Shown here piece by piece: positions 23,782 through 35,539 of a stretch of 64,000 nucleotides of DNA. The position numbers and the translations under genes are program-made. Under the pieces are notes generated by a model. That model searched no databases. It worked only from the letters and a program-made list of their open reading frames with translations, and had not been told where the DNA came from. This DNA is from Psammoneis japonica (Eukaryota), in NCBI GenBank assembly GCA_008632985.1, contig QPGO01000012.1, positions 124,001 to 188,000 of the forward strand, read 5' to 3'. Position 1 is the stretch's first letter. Each line of letters starts with the position of its first letter.

Positions 23782-26700
23782 GGGTGTCCCAGCACGCGCG
23801 CTGGTTGGTTGGTTGGTTGGTTGGCTCGTGGAGGGAATCCTGAGGGAATCCTGAGGGAATTCTGCCAAATTTGTCTCGCTCGCGGGAGGATGCCTCGCAC
23901 AGTGTGGTTCGTAACTCGGACTTTTCAGTCTTACGGACCAGCCGCAGCCGCCACATGAAAACACACCAAAAAAACCAACCGCAGGGGCTACAGTAAAAAT
24001 CAGCACTCACATTCAGTCCCGGATTTCTCGTTTTTGTCGCTCCAGAAAATGATAAAAAAAAGAGCTGCGAGGTTTTGCCCAGCACCAACTGCAACATTTA
24101 TTGTGTGCACGCGTCCTGCTTCGACCTGCTTGACGAATGTAAATGTTCAAAACAAACATTTGTGTGAGAGAAAGCGAACTATGTCAGATTTGTCGTAGTG
24201 CCACCAACAAGCTGCCGGCACATGACGATCTGCCACCAAACTCACAAAATTTCTGGAAGGCGCAACGGTGGTGACTGAGGCCCGTTTTGATCAACCATGA
24301 GTCGTCAAGCCGCTGTCGGCGTCACTGCCAGGCGTCAAGCCACCGTTGCCCCGCCAGGTGGAGGAGACGAAGAACGATCCGCACGCCAACGTCTCGCAAG
24401 AAGCAACTCGTCTTCTTCTGTCAGCAGCATCGAGAGTTTGCTAAATGCGCCAAGAGTGTTCAACTCACCTCCACCATTCACTGACACACGTTGGTCCGAC
24501 GTTGACACGGATGATGAGTCTGAAGAAGGGCACAATCCTCCACCCGTTGGGGATCCGGGTGTTTGCAGCAGCGAAGACAGAGAGCGCGACAACGAGGCCC
24601 TCAAATGTCGTTGCCCAATCGCTGGGCGATTTGCCACCAGAAAGCCCGTCAAATGGCTGGGTCAAGTGTGCGAAGAGCAACAGCTTGAGCAGCATTTTCA
24701 GGATTGTCGCACGCGAAGGGGGTTGGGTGATTTTGTAATGAATCCGCTCACTGGTGGACAAGTGCTTTCTTCGATCCATCCCATTCGCCATGACGACACG
24801 GATCTGTGGAAAAACCAAGCCAAGATTGCCAAAAAAGGTCACATGTTGCGCAAGTGTCGTCGTGAAAAATGGCAACGCGAACAAACCGAGGGAGCACGTT
24901 TGCAAGCGGCGGATGCGGCTTCAACTGCAACGCTGACAGACGGCGCATCTGACACCACTGCTGCCGATGCCGCTGCTGCCGGCACTCCTCATCGCAACGG
25001 CACTCGAGGCATGCCCCGACTCGGTGATTTTCTTTCAAATGATGCAGGAAAGCGGGCTTTGACTGCCACACTTAGAGAAGCTAAGATGACCGGCTGGGAC
25101 CAATCGCTGGGGTACGGTCGACGCACTGCTTGGCTCACCGTCCGTCATCCTGTTTGGATCAACCGAGCACAACGTGGCATTTTGTCTCAGTGAGCAATGT
25201 GTTGAATGCATTGTCATTTCCGTTGCACCATTGCCGTGTACAATGTCTAATGTGTTGTTTGTTTTTATTTTTGCATGATGCAGATTTCACCCATTCAGCA
25301 TTGCTCTCTTGCGTCGCAAGCTGAGTGCTGCTGAAGCTTGAATCAAGGCGGATTTCCACCAACAGGGAGCGCACAGCACCGATGAAAGTGGCGCCATGGG
25401 GGAAAGTGAGTTTCCCCAATGTGCAACACTTTTTTGTGAGCATTTCTCCTGGGTGGAGAATCGTCCTGACGGGCCAGCAGCAACAAGAGCGCGTCAGGAT
25501 GCCAGGCGCCGTGTTGAAAGGAGTGCCATTGGTGCCATGGCGCCTCTTGGTGGGAGTTATCAGACTCTCCGCACCGAGCACTCTCGTTCCAATCTTGGTC
25601 CAAACCAAGATGTTGCAAGCAGGAGCACATCATCGGATCAAACCGAGGGGACGGAAAATGTTGTTGCTGCCACCACTCCTGTGGATGCTGGTGCTGGTGC
25701 TGCGAGAGCGAGTGGTCAGCGACGTGTCATTCGTCGTGAGAGTGTGCCATTGCCCATGGGCGTTGAGAATGCCATGATGGCATCTACACAAAATCTTCAG
25801 ATGGGATTTGTGGAACTAGCAAGAGCGATTTCAAGCCCCCGTCAGCCACCTCCTCGCTCCATTTCTGACATCCGCACCGAATTTGTTCGGACGCGTCGTG
25901 CTCTGAGGGAGGCAGAGGACGACAATGATGAAAGGTCTGTTGGCTTTCTCAACAGGATGTTGGACTCCCTTGACAGGGAAATGACGCAGTCTTTTTCTGG
26001 ATCTGTCGGCAGTGAGCGCGGTGAAAATGCCGATGCCGAAAATGTGGAGCAGTTTCGTTCGAGTCGCATGTGGTCGATTTGTCACTGTTGTGTGCACTGG
26101 TTCTGGAGGATTGAATCCTCCAGTGTTCATCATGCCTTTGTAAGCCGAGTCCATTCACAGCAATTGGTCTCAGATAAAGAATCGATTGTCCGGTTTCTCA
26201 CTGGTGTTCTTTCAGGAGGCGGTCGGTTGCGTGTTGAGGTCGTCACGCATTCACGCCATCCCGCAAGGTGGCTTGTGGTTGGTCCGAAATGGAGCTGAAG
26301 CACCGCAAACATAAAGAAAAGAACTTGGTCAATGACATCATTACTTGAAAGGATGTCATCGCTACCCCAGAAAACCAAAGCAATAACAGCTGCAATTCGG
26401 GCAATCAATTCCTGCGTCGTCGTAAAGTTAAAATAAAAGAGACGTCTCAACAGCAGAACGGTGAGGACATCACGTTGAGACAGGGCATCATGCCGATGCC
26501 TCCAGTTCGTACGCCGACGTATATTGCGATGAATGATGTGATCGTCAGCATCTTCTCGGTGTCGACGCCGATAGCGCCTTTGCCGAGGCATACGGTACGT
26601 AAGAGGTAACGAAAACAACGCCGTTACGAATGTTTGATATGTGATTCTTTTTTTTGTGACTATCGAGGTACTGCATTAAAATTATTCATATATATTATAC

Positions 26701-27010
26701 CTTGAATCATGTAATGAGAAAAGGTTGTTATGATACTTCTTAAAATGTCGATGTTATATATTGTAATATATATGCCTTTGTGACCTTGACATATTCTGTG
26801 TACAAGACCGGATCGTATACCACGGGACTTAACGGGACTGAGATGTTTTGACAAATCGGAAGCTCGAAACCACCGAGGGAAGATCTTACTTTGCACGGGC
26901 ATCGATCAGATGGTCACACAGCTTCACAAACTCACGAACAGAAACGGAATCTTCGCGCGCGCCGCGCCCAACCAACCAACCAACCAACCAGCGCGCGTGC
27001 TAGGACACCC
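23782..27010. mobile_element. TIR DNA transposon, PIF/Harbinger-ISL2EU-like, internally deleted; accessory ORF on + (24297-~26050, probable intron ~25190-25320) and truncated transposase-like ORF on - (26591-~26050)
   Basis: ~42 bp TIRs GGGTGTCC[C/T]AGCACGCGCGC followed by (TGGT)n; 2 bp TSD TG; two convergent ORFs; NRTIDSLSE..C.EWTRLTK resembles a Harbinger-type transposase N-terminus. Confidence 0.75.
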
Positions 27011-27371
27011 TGGAATCAGGTGGGCAATCGCATAAATGGCGAGGCTTATAATGATCGATTTGGATCTGCTGTGTCCTTGTCGGCGAACGGAACTGTCGTA
27101 GGAGTTGGTGCACCTCGAAGCAACAGAAACGGCTGGTCGTCAGGATCTGCCTATGTTTTCACTTTAAGCTAGCTACGGCGGATCGCTTTTGGTCGTAATT
27201 CCTCTTCCTCATAGCCTTATCAAATGCGGGTTTCCCTTTTACTCTCTTCCCAGTTTTTCGGGTCATATCGAGGCTATCGTAGACATACACAGTATTTTTT
27301 GAATTGCTATTACCTTTTTCGACTCGGGGTCTACTTATTTTTCTCCGTTGCTTCAATCACGCCCACCAAAC

Positions 27372-27670
27372 AGAACGTGAGGTTGGGCAGGACGATAGGT
27401 AGTATCTCACGCACCGCCGAGTTCTCCAAGAACTTTTCGCTAGACCCAACCACGGATACCAAACCAAATCACTGCCAAGCTCACCAATGGTGTTCCATCT
27501 TGTGTTCGCTCCAAAGAATCAGGTCAAAGACAAGTTTAAAAAGAATCCTGTAATGAAGATGGATGGGCAAGACATTGACGTGGGAGGTGACACGGAGAAG
27601 TCGGATGACGTGGAGATGAACAGTGACGGACCCGCAGATCAAGACACTACTCCCGAGGACCGCGGTGCGG
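27372..27670 (+). pseudogene. 3' fragment of a third sHSP20 copy
   Basis: Matches 10810-11090 (SISRTAEFSKNFSLDPTTDT...APKNQV...DIDVGGD) with frameshifts. Confidence 0.85.
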
Positions 27671-27874
27671 TCGACGCATACTCACGATGGAGAGTGGAAC
27701 TGGCGGATATGTCAGAGGAACGTCGCACAGAGTTGAACCACGCAGGTTTGGAGTGGGACGGGGTTATACCTGCGGATTTTCTACAACAACAACTCGTAGA
27801 GCAAGCTTGGCGTGTCTACATCTGAAAATAAACTGCCTTTATGCATCTGATAGTATGGTTGAGCTAGCTCTTTC

Positions 27875-29400
27875 TCATGGGTAGTCAAAAACGAGGTAGT
27901 ACTGGTTGTCGGCATTGAAGTCGCGCTCATGCCTGTTACGGACAGTCCCGTCTTTGTTGATCACAGCTTGAGGTGATTTAAAGCAAGTCTGGATATCATC
28001 CGGGACAACAAACACAACCGCGCAAGATGTATCTCCATCAAGATCCGCTCTGATCTTCTCCGTTATCGCTTTTACGCTATTGTACTTCGTGGGGTGACTT
28101 ATCCCAACCGTCATTTGAAAATGCAGCACCTGATGCTGCCGGTGCTGGCGTCGGTTAAATGGCCGTCCGTCTGTTAAGACAGGGGATGAACTTATCCGAA
28201 AAGCATCGGCATATTCAAAGTTTCTTGCATCAGGAACCACGATCCGACCGTATGCATCCTCTACTTTGAGGCTATCAAGGTGTTTTAAAGGGAATATCTC
28301 GTGCGTATTGCTCAAGTTGAACTGTATTGCACGCTGATCGATGCTTGAGCACTGGCGAAGCGTAAAAGAACATCCACGCACAATCTGTCAATTGCATCCG
28401 CTTCGAATATCACGCCGCGGTAAGCTGATGCAGCACCGTCGCCCTTCAACTCAGAGATGAGACTCTTTCGTTTTTCAATAGATAAGAGTGCCGCCCTTTT
28501 GGACAACTCTTTGGCGACAAAGTTGGTAAGCAACGAATAATGAATTTTGTTCACCGAATTGATCCTATACATCCATCGTCCGCTTTTCCTCCTTGGCGAT
28601 TGTCCACAACACCAAGTGATGTACGAGTTCTTTCTCGTCATTCTTCGTTGCGTGTTGTGTCGCCATCACTTGTTGTACAACGGTGAAATTGATACCTTGG
28701 ACGGCAGAGTCGACGTTGTCTTCAACTGATTCTGTGCGTGTTAAAGCCCATCGGGCAATCCACCCAACGAGCCTGTAGTTTTCACGTAATGTGCTTTCAT
28801 CAATCTCTTACCGATTAATCGAGTTTCTGCAAGCTTCCAACTGCTCGATAGACCATGGAGGCATGCAAATCTGAATCAGACTCTCCACAAGCCTAAATCC
28901 CTTCCAAGGAGTGCTAGGAGCTGCGGCACCCACTACAAAGTTAGTTTTCGGCTCCCAATCACAGCCGTCCACGATAGTCCAGTCGCAGTACTTCTCAATA
29001 GCCTTGGCTTGTTCACGAGATGCGATTTTAGTGGCTATTTTCCAACCCAACCAGTTCGTTGATAAATGAAGAAATGATCTATTCAAGCTGTTGTCTGAAT
29101 CCCCTAGGACAATGAGTATGTTTTTAACCTCGTTTCTGATGCGTGCCACCAACTACAGAAGGAATGCGGATTTTCCAACTCCGGAAGAGCCTCGAACCAA
29201 CGCCACAGTAAGACGTTTTGCATCCACTCTCTCCGCAAATCTCTCTCGGATAATATCTCCACGTACTCGTTCCGAATAATTGCATCCCTGGCAAATGGTA
29301 ACGACGGCTGCGTCAAGTCACCACGCACCATCAGAAGCGTCAAAGTCTGTCATCCACATTGCCTCAAAGCCGTTCAAGGTGGCGCAAGCTCCCCCGTCGA
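27875..29400 (-). pseudogene. Crinkler/RHS-type (CR) protein: P-loop NTPase plus restriction-endonuclease-like C-terminal domain, disrupted
   Basis: IIRNEY, Walker A RGSSGVGKS, MPPWSIEQLEAC, VGGLPRW, GVIFEA, P..RNFEYADAF, FQMTVGISHP; in-frame stop at ~29154 and frameshifts. Confidence 0.75.
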
Positions 29401-29557
29401 AATTTGTTCGTTGCTTGACTCGACGGGGATACACATACTCCAGCAAACGCTTTCTGTGCACCATATTGTTGTCGACTGTGAGATACAAAAAAGGATAAGT
29501 TCGTAAAGCGGCCAGCAAGGAATAATCATCGCGACTTGCGACACTTAGGCCCTACCG

Positions 29558-31997
29558 TAGGGCCCTGCTATGGGAGGGGTTTTGCATTCGATCTTACGTG
29601 CCACGACAGACGCTTCATTTATCCCACATGTGTGCCATGGACGCGGACTGCATTGGTTCAACATCTTCCTTTTGTGCCTTGTGCTGCTGACAGCAACTGT
29701 GACAATCAAACAAGAACGTGTTCGTTGACGCTGTGCACCGGCCCGAGTTCGACCTTGTTGATGACAAGCCGATGAAAAGTGTTGCAATCGACACATCTGT
29801 GTCCCACTCCCCACTCTCTCCATCTCTCACAAGATTCTCTCGCTGATCCTCCTGCAGCAAGGCAAAAGTCCATTCATTGCCAAAGGTGACTGTGGCCCAA
29901 GCTGCTAAACTGTTGGTGCAGCAATGTGAGAGACCATGCCAACACAATGGCATTGAAGCTCTGCACACATGTGATGGTGGTGCGTGCAATCCTCCACTCT
30001 CAAATGGCTGGTGAGTGGATGCCAGAAAAGCGAAAGGCTGGGGGGGGGGGGGGGGGCAGGCCATTGAGGACAGAGTGTCATTCCATTCTCAGAATCAGCC
30101 AGAGAACAAGATCAACTTGAGATGCCAACAAACAGAAGAGTGTCATTTGTCATTGAGGTGACACCATGCTTTTGTCAAGAAGGTGCTTCGCCAAGAAGGG
30201 GTGCCTTGTGCTCAAGCTGCTGTTTTGAAGCTGAAGCACATTGTGTGTGTGGAGATGCAAAATTTTGGGATGGTTGGCTGCATTGAATCTCAGGATGGTG
30301 ATGTGCATGGCTGCAATTGCAAGAAATGGATCACAAACTTGAATTTTTTGAACAGCAACTGCTGCTTCTTGGTGGCTTCTCCAATTGATGCTCTCATGAG
30401 TGTGCTGGCGGGGGTCACTAGAAGGGTTGCGAGCATGTTGTTTCTGCTTTTTGGGGCTGCAACCACAGTGCAAAGCCACACAGTGGATGGACAGCCACTG
30501 CAGAAGAGAAAAAGCACCTTGAGGACATTGGGGCACCAATTGCAAGTGGCTGCAAAAAGCTCACGAAGCTGAGATGATGGAGCAGGGCAGCTTGCAAAAG
30601 GCTCACGTTGAAGCTTTTGGACTGGGGGGTGCAGCTCTTACCACCAACATGAGCCAAACAGTTGCTGGAGCTGCAGCATGCTTGATTTGATTTTGACATG
30701 GGTTTTCATGCCACAGTGGAGTGTTGTGTTTTGCCACCCCAAAACCACTTGCTTTGGCTGGAACAAGAAGAAGGGGAGGCAGCCTCACTCTGGTGCGGCA
30801 GCACCAGCTCCCCATCAGAGCCCTGCAGTGCAAAGGAGGTGTGCATTGTCAACCACTTTTGGCTGTCAGTGCAGCCACTTTGTCAAAACCCAGTGCAAAA
30901 GAAAATGACAGAGTTTTCTCCATCAATGACACAGACTCAAAAACAGCCCAAACACAACGCATCACTCCAGTGCTGTGCACACCACCAGGGGGCATCTCAG
31001 GGCAGTGGCAACATGTTGTCACATCAGTGGCAGTGGTGCTTTGTTCATTGCAGTGTGATTTTCATGCAATTGTTTGCTTTGTGACATGTGGCAGGTTTGC
31101 TGAAATCGCGTGTGTCCCTGACAGAGTGAAAGCTCTCTGGCCAAACGTGTGTTTGCTTTCATGCTGTGTGCAAGCACCAGTGCCAGGTTCCACAGTCCAA
31201 ACAGTTTAACTCATGCTTTTTTAAAAAAAAAGTGAAGAGTTGTTCCTCGTGAACATTGTTTTTGCATCGGTTGCCAGAGGAATGAAGCAAAGCAGATCTT
31301 TGAGCGATTCGCAAGCGAATCGCGCGATTTCTCATTTCTACCTACGCACAGACAGACCGTCCAGTTTTTGGAGTGGCGTACTTTCAAAAATTCGGTGCGC
31401 ATACCTGATCTACACAAAATATACGTACGTAAAAATGTACTACAAAATTCGTAGAGATGTTTATTTGAATTCACTTCACACACAAACATCACGGCAACGA
31501 CGCCGCGACATCGGCAATGGACGCACACAACAACGACAGCGGACTGGGAGGTTATGATGCACCGAGACAACAACTGATATGATAAGAAATGGATATCAAT
31601 GTCAAATGACAATGATCGAGTTGTTTTGGGAGCTGGTTGAGCCATTGGTGACGAAGGGTTTTTGGCACGTACAACTTGGTACTGAAATCACGTAGAGGTT
31701 TTGGCCGCGGTGGGACTGTTGTTTTTCACTTTTTTTGGGGTGTATTTTGTGTTTTCTCGGTCGATCGCATTGATGAAGCACTGAAATGAGCACGCGACAA
31801 CAGATTTTGACGAAAAGTTGGATTTTCATTCATTATGGAGGATTAGCACGGGGTTTTTAACACGGTGAAGCACGGGGGGACGATTTTTTCACCAGATTTG
31901 CAAGATCCTGTATCCCATCCAATTCGCATGCGTAATATTAGTGGATTGATGTATTTTTTATACGCAAGAAGCGCAATAACGTCGATATAGGGCCCTA
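29558..31997 (+). mobile_element. Decayed DNA transposon, possibly hAT-like
   Basis: Ends TAGGGCCCT...AGGGCCCTA; TA-depleted core ~29620-31200; STSSPSEPCS weakly resembles the hAT dimerisation motif; no clean TSD. Confidence 0.4.
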
Positions 31998-32246
31998 CCC
32001 GACATGATAGACTTCCCGTGCTGTTGTCGTAATGAAGTGAAATCTTGTTGTGTTCGGTGCGTAGAGTCTAGTACTATTTGTCCGTATGTAGACGAGTACT
32101 GCGCACCGCACTTTTGGAAAGTACGCCACTCCATTCAGAACTTTTTCGCGTCCCAACATGACCGGCCATGAAGCATGCTGGCCGTCAGACATTGTAAAGT
32201 CGAACAATAGTTACGTGTTTTGTGTTGCCCATCATCCACCTACGTC

Positions 32247-33734
32247 ATGAACACTGCACTTCGTCGATTGCAGATAACGTTGCTGTCAAGGAGGACACCG
32301 TTGGTGCCTCCTTTTCGATCTCTTAGCACCAGCATCTTTGCTGTCAACGGATCACCGCCGACTGCCTTCAAGAATACCAGTAGCAGCACATCGCAGCAAA
32401 CAACAAGCAACAGTGACTCAGATGACCTTTTTGTTCATGGTGAAGTTTTAGATTTAGCGATGGACTTGAGATCGGCTCGTCCTGGGGAAAGACTCGACAT
32501 TCCATACGAAATTACCGTTACAGAATCCATGCACGATTTCTGGCAGTCGGCCTTTCATTCACAGGATCGTATCCACACCTCAAGGCCTTTTGCCCGGCAG
32601 ATTGGACTGCAAGATCGAGTGATACCCTTTTCACTGGCACTCTTTCTAACGTCATCCATGACACACGCGGATGCTGCCAAGGTCCAAGTGGGATTTGGCA
32701 ACGTGCAGTACCTCTGGCCTGCCTTTGCGGGTGACACCTTTACAAAGTCTTTTCAGGTAACGTTCGTGTTCCTTCTTCTCTAGACTATTCCTTCGGGCTC
32801 TATGTTCCCTTTTGGCTCACAGTCGTTTCTTTTTTCTCGGTCTTTCTCAAACCTTCAGGTGAACTCCATACGAAACACATCCGACGGAAATCATTCGGTA
32901 AGCGTCTGCTCGAATTCTGTTTTTGCTTCAACTGAGTATTGGCGTTGATCTTAACTTTGCCACTGTAATATTGTTTCTGCAGATTATTACTTTTACTTGT
33001 GAACTCATAAATCAACGTGGCCGCACCTGCATGCGTGCCGACAAGAGAATGCTGTTTGAATTCTCAGTCCCAGAGTCCCACGTCACGGCAGAGGTCGATT
33101 CGAATCACTCACACGAACAAGACTATTTGTTCCGAGATCATTTGATATCCAAATCCGATGTCTTGTCTCAGTTGGGGAGTCATTCTCTGACACCGCTCCG
33201 ACCCGGACAGCTCATCTTTCACACCATGAATCGATCTCTCTCGTTATCTCAATCCCAACAGTTGGCCTCGCTCGCGAGACTGACTCATGAACGTCATTTT
33301 GATGTTCGAAAGTATGATCCCTTTACAGAAATCATGGTTCCCGGTGGACTCGTGTTGGGAATTGCCATGTCGGCCTCGTCTCGGGACTTGCATGAAGTGT
33401 TGTTTGAAGAGATTCAAAGTGTCAGTTATGTCAACAGTCTTCATCCGGTAATCTCGTTGGCGCGATATCCTACGTCCAGAGTGTGGACGAGAATGTTCCT
33501 GGTGATTTGGAGAGCCTCGTGGTGCGGACGATTGGAATTAAGAACCTGGATGTCAAGCGTGATTTAAAAGACGTGGCATTGCCCTTGGAGCTCTTTGTTG
33601 GCGAAATGGGATCGACCAAAAACATTGAACGCATTTGCAAGAACAAGTGTCCCATTTTGAGCAACAAAATTGTGGTGCAAATGGATCGACGAATCTTGCG
33701 TCAGGCGAGTAAGAAAGAAATCTTTCTATTGTAG
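32247..33734 (+). CDS. Hotdog-fold (MaoC dehydratase-like) protein with transit-peptide-like N-terminus; introns ~32757-32858 and ~32898-32982
   Basis: DRIHTSRPFARQIGLQD, VGFGNVQYLWPAFAGDT, second repeat ERHFD...VPGGLV; GT-AG introns; 1 nt indel near 33447. Confidence 0.75.
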
Positions 33735-34145
33735 TGCACAAGGACGCGCTCAAAAAATACACTAAAATGAAATTACGGATGAAGTCAATTCTGTAATAGG
33801 CTTCCTCATAATTGCATTTTCCGATAGCGTTCATTGCATGGAGCGAGTGTTTTTCATCGTTGGCGGCTTTGCCAAATGCTCTTCCTTTCCGAAGAACTTT
33901 GTCAGTCGTTACATTCTATCCTTTACGAGGTTTTCTTACATTATCTTTGCGGTAACGAACGGGTACCGCATGCTATGCTGTACTAGTACTTTGGTGTGTT
34001 TTAATTGTGTACTAGAGACAAAAAGTAGTTTGAGCCTATCTCTACCAAAGACTTAAGAATAGGAAACATTCCTTCATTTTTCGGCAAATCTCAAAATTAC
34101 AGGGACTACAGTGTTGCGCCATTCTACAGGAGCCATTTCGTGCAA

Positions 34146-35243
34146 CTAATGGCGAAACATTTCGGAACGGATTTCATCTTGACTGAGATCCTTATCATAG
34201 ATGCGGACCGTGTCCATCTGCCCTCGAAAGAAGTCCCGATCGTCCGATCGAGTCTCTCCCACCAAGGAGCCAATGCTAAATGGTGCCTGATTGGAACAGT
34301 AGGGACCTTTGGTGCCAATATCAACCTCGCCGTCTAATTCTCCATTGATGTAGAGCTTCAAGGTACCACCATCATTAGTTGCAGCAATGTGGGTCCATGA
34401 CTCTGTAGGAATTACTTTGGTTCCCTTGACCGCTACCTTGTTTTTGCGAGCACAACCGCCGAAAAAGCCCCCGAACCTCGCTGCACGAGTATCCTTATTG
34501 ATGGTGAACCAAAGAACTCCCGTTTTCTGGGCAATCACATATGAATTCACAGCGTTTGTAGTTTCAGTATACCGAACCCACGCCATCATGGAGTACTTGT
34601 CCATTTTCAGGTCCTTCGCTTCGGAGATAATCATGTTGTTCCTCCTCCCATCAAGGCTGGCGCCGTACTTGGAGTGACCTAAATTGGTGTAGCCTATCCC
34701 ACTTCTACCTCCGACTCTGACACCGTCCCATCCATTAGATCCCGTGTCCTTGTAGATGGTGTTGTATGAATCAAAGCGGTATTCGAGAATCGGTCCATCG
34801 CATGGCTTGAAGCCTGGGACACTTAGGGATTTGGTAGCAAGCTCCACCCGATTCTTACCTACATACAAGGGGATGTCTTCGGGCGTCTTGATAGACAGAC
34901 ATCCACTCCCGTCGTCCTTGACGACGAAATTGAAGCCGTCCTTCTTTTTCCTCGGGACATTGATGGTGAAGTCCTTGTTCAACTCAACCCCGACGGCCTT
35001 GTTGCTGATCGCAATGTCGGATGTATCAGCCACCAAGTTGGCAGTGACATTAACAGGTTGTCTACCACCAGCGGCTTCAAGGTACCACTGGGAGGAAAAG
35101 CACTTTCGCCAGAGAAAAACGGCTCTGTCCTTCCGTTTGTTGTAAGGAGGTTCACCACAGGTTGGCTCTACGTTTGCAGTAGCGCTATGAGCTCCGATCC
35201 CAAGGAGGGCGGAGAGGACAAAGAGATTGTAGATGGTTCTCAT
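34146..35243 (-). CDS. Secreted LamG/concanavalin-A-like domain protein
   Basis: Signal peptide; YSMMAWV, WTHIAATNDGGTLKLYING, FRGQMDTVRIYDKDLSQDEI. Confidence 0.88.
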   Translation of the reverse strand: MRTIYNLFVLSALLGIGAHSATANVEPTCGEPPYNKRKDRAVFLWRKCFSSQWYLEAAGGRQPVNVTANLVADTSDIAISNKAVGVELNKDFTINVPRKKKDGFNFVVKDDGSGCLSIKTPEDIPLYVGKNRVELATKSLSVPGFKPCDGPILEYRFDSYNTIYKDTGSNGWDGVRVGGRSGIGYTNLGHSKYGASLDGRRNNMIISEAKDLKMDKYSMMAWVRYTETTNAVNSYVIAQKTGVLWFTINKDTRAARFGGFFGGCARKNKVAVKGTKVIPTESWTHIAATNDGGTLKLYINGELDGEVDIGTKGPYCSNQAPFSIGSLVGETRSDDRDFFRGQMDTVRIYDKDLSQDEIRSEMFRH

Positions 35244-35539
35244 CCTGTCGTCGTCGTTTGTTTCACGCTTTTGATTTTGTGAGCAGTTTCAAGCTCAAGC
35301 CGAGAACAATCTCTAAGAATAGAATGAAAGTTCTTGGATTTGGTTTCATTGTTTGTGCAATGTTCGCGTTTGCTGGGGACAAAATAACCATGCTTGGCCT
35401 TAATCGCAACTAGGTGCAAACATTTATGCATGTTCTTTTGACTGCAGTGCCGGGACAACATATCTCCTTTGATCAATCACTAGCACTTTGTGGTTCGCGG
35501 TTGTCGGTCCGTTCGCGGATGACCATGCTACCGGTAGTC

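Larger units (their letters stand above)
17447..27172 (+). pseudogene. FG-GAP propeller paralogue B2, 5'-truncated and split by two transposons (pieces 17447-18149, 23776-23781, 27011-27172)
   Basis: Removing both insertions restores QYDTST-REWNQVGNRING..., matching QYNTSTKVWNQVGNRING of B1. Confidence 0.88.

Noticed and set aside
30040..30056. Long G homopolymer as a functional G-quadruplex
   Set aside because: Single run inside a decayed element; length unreliable and no supporting context.
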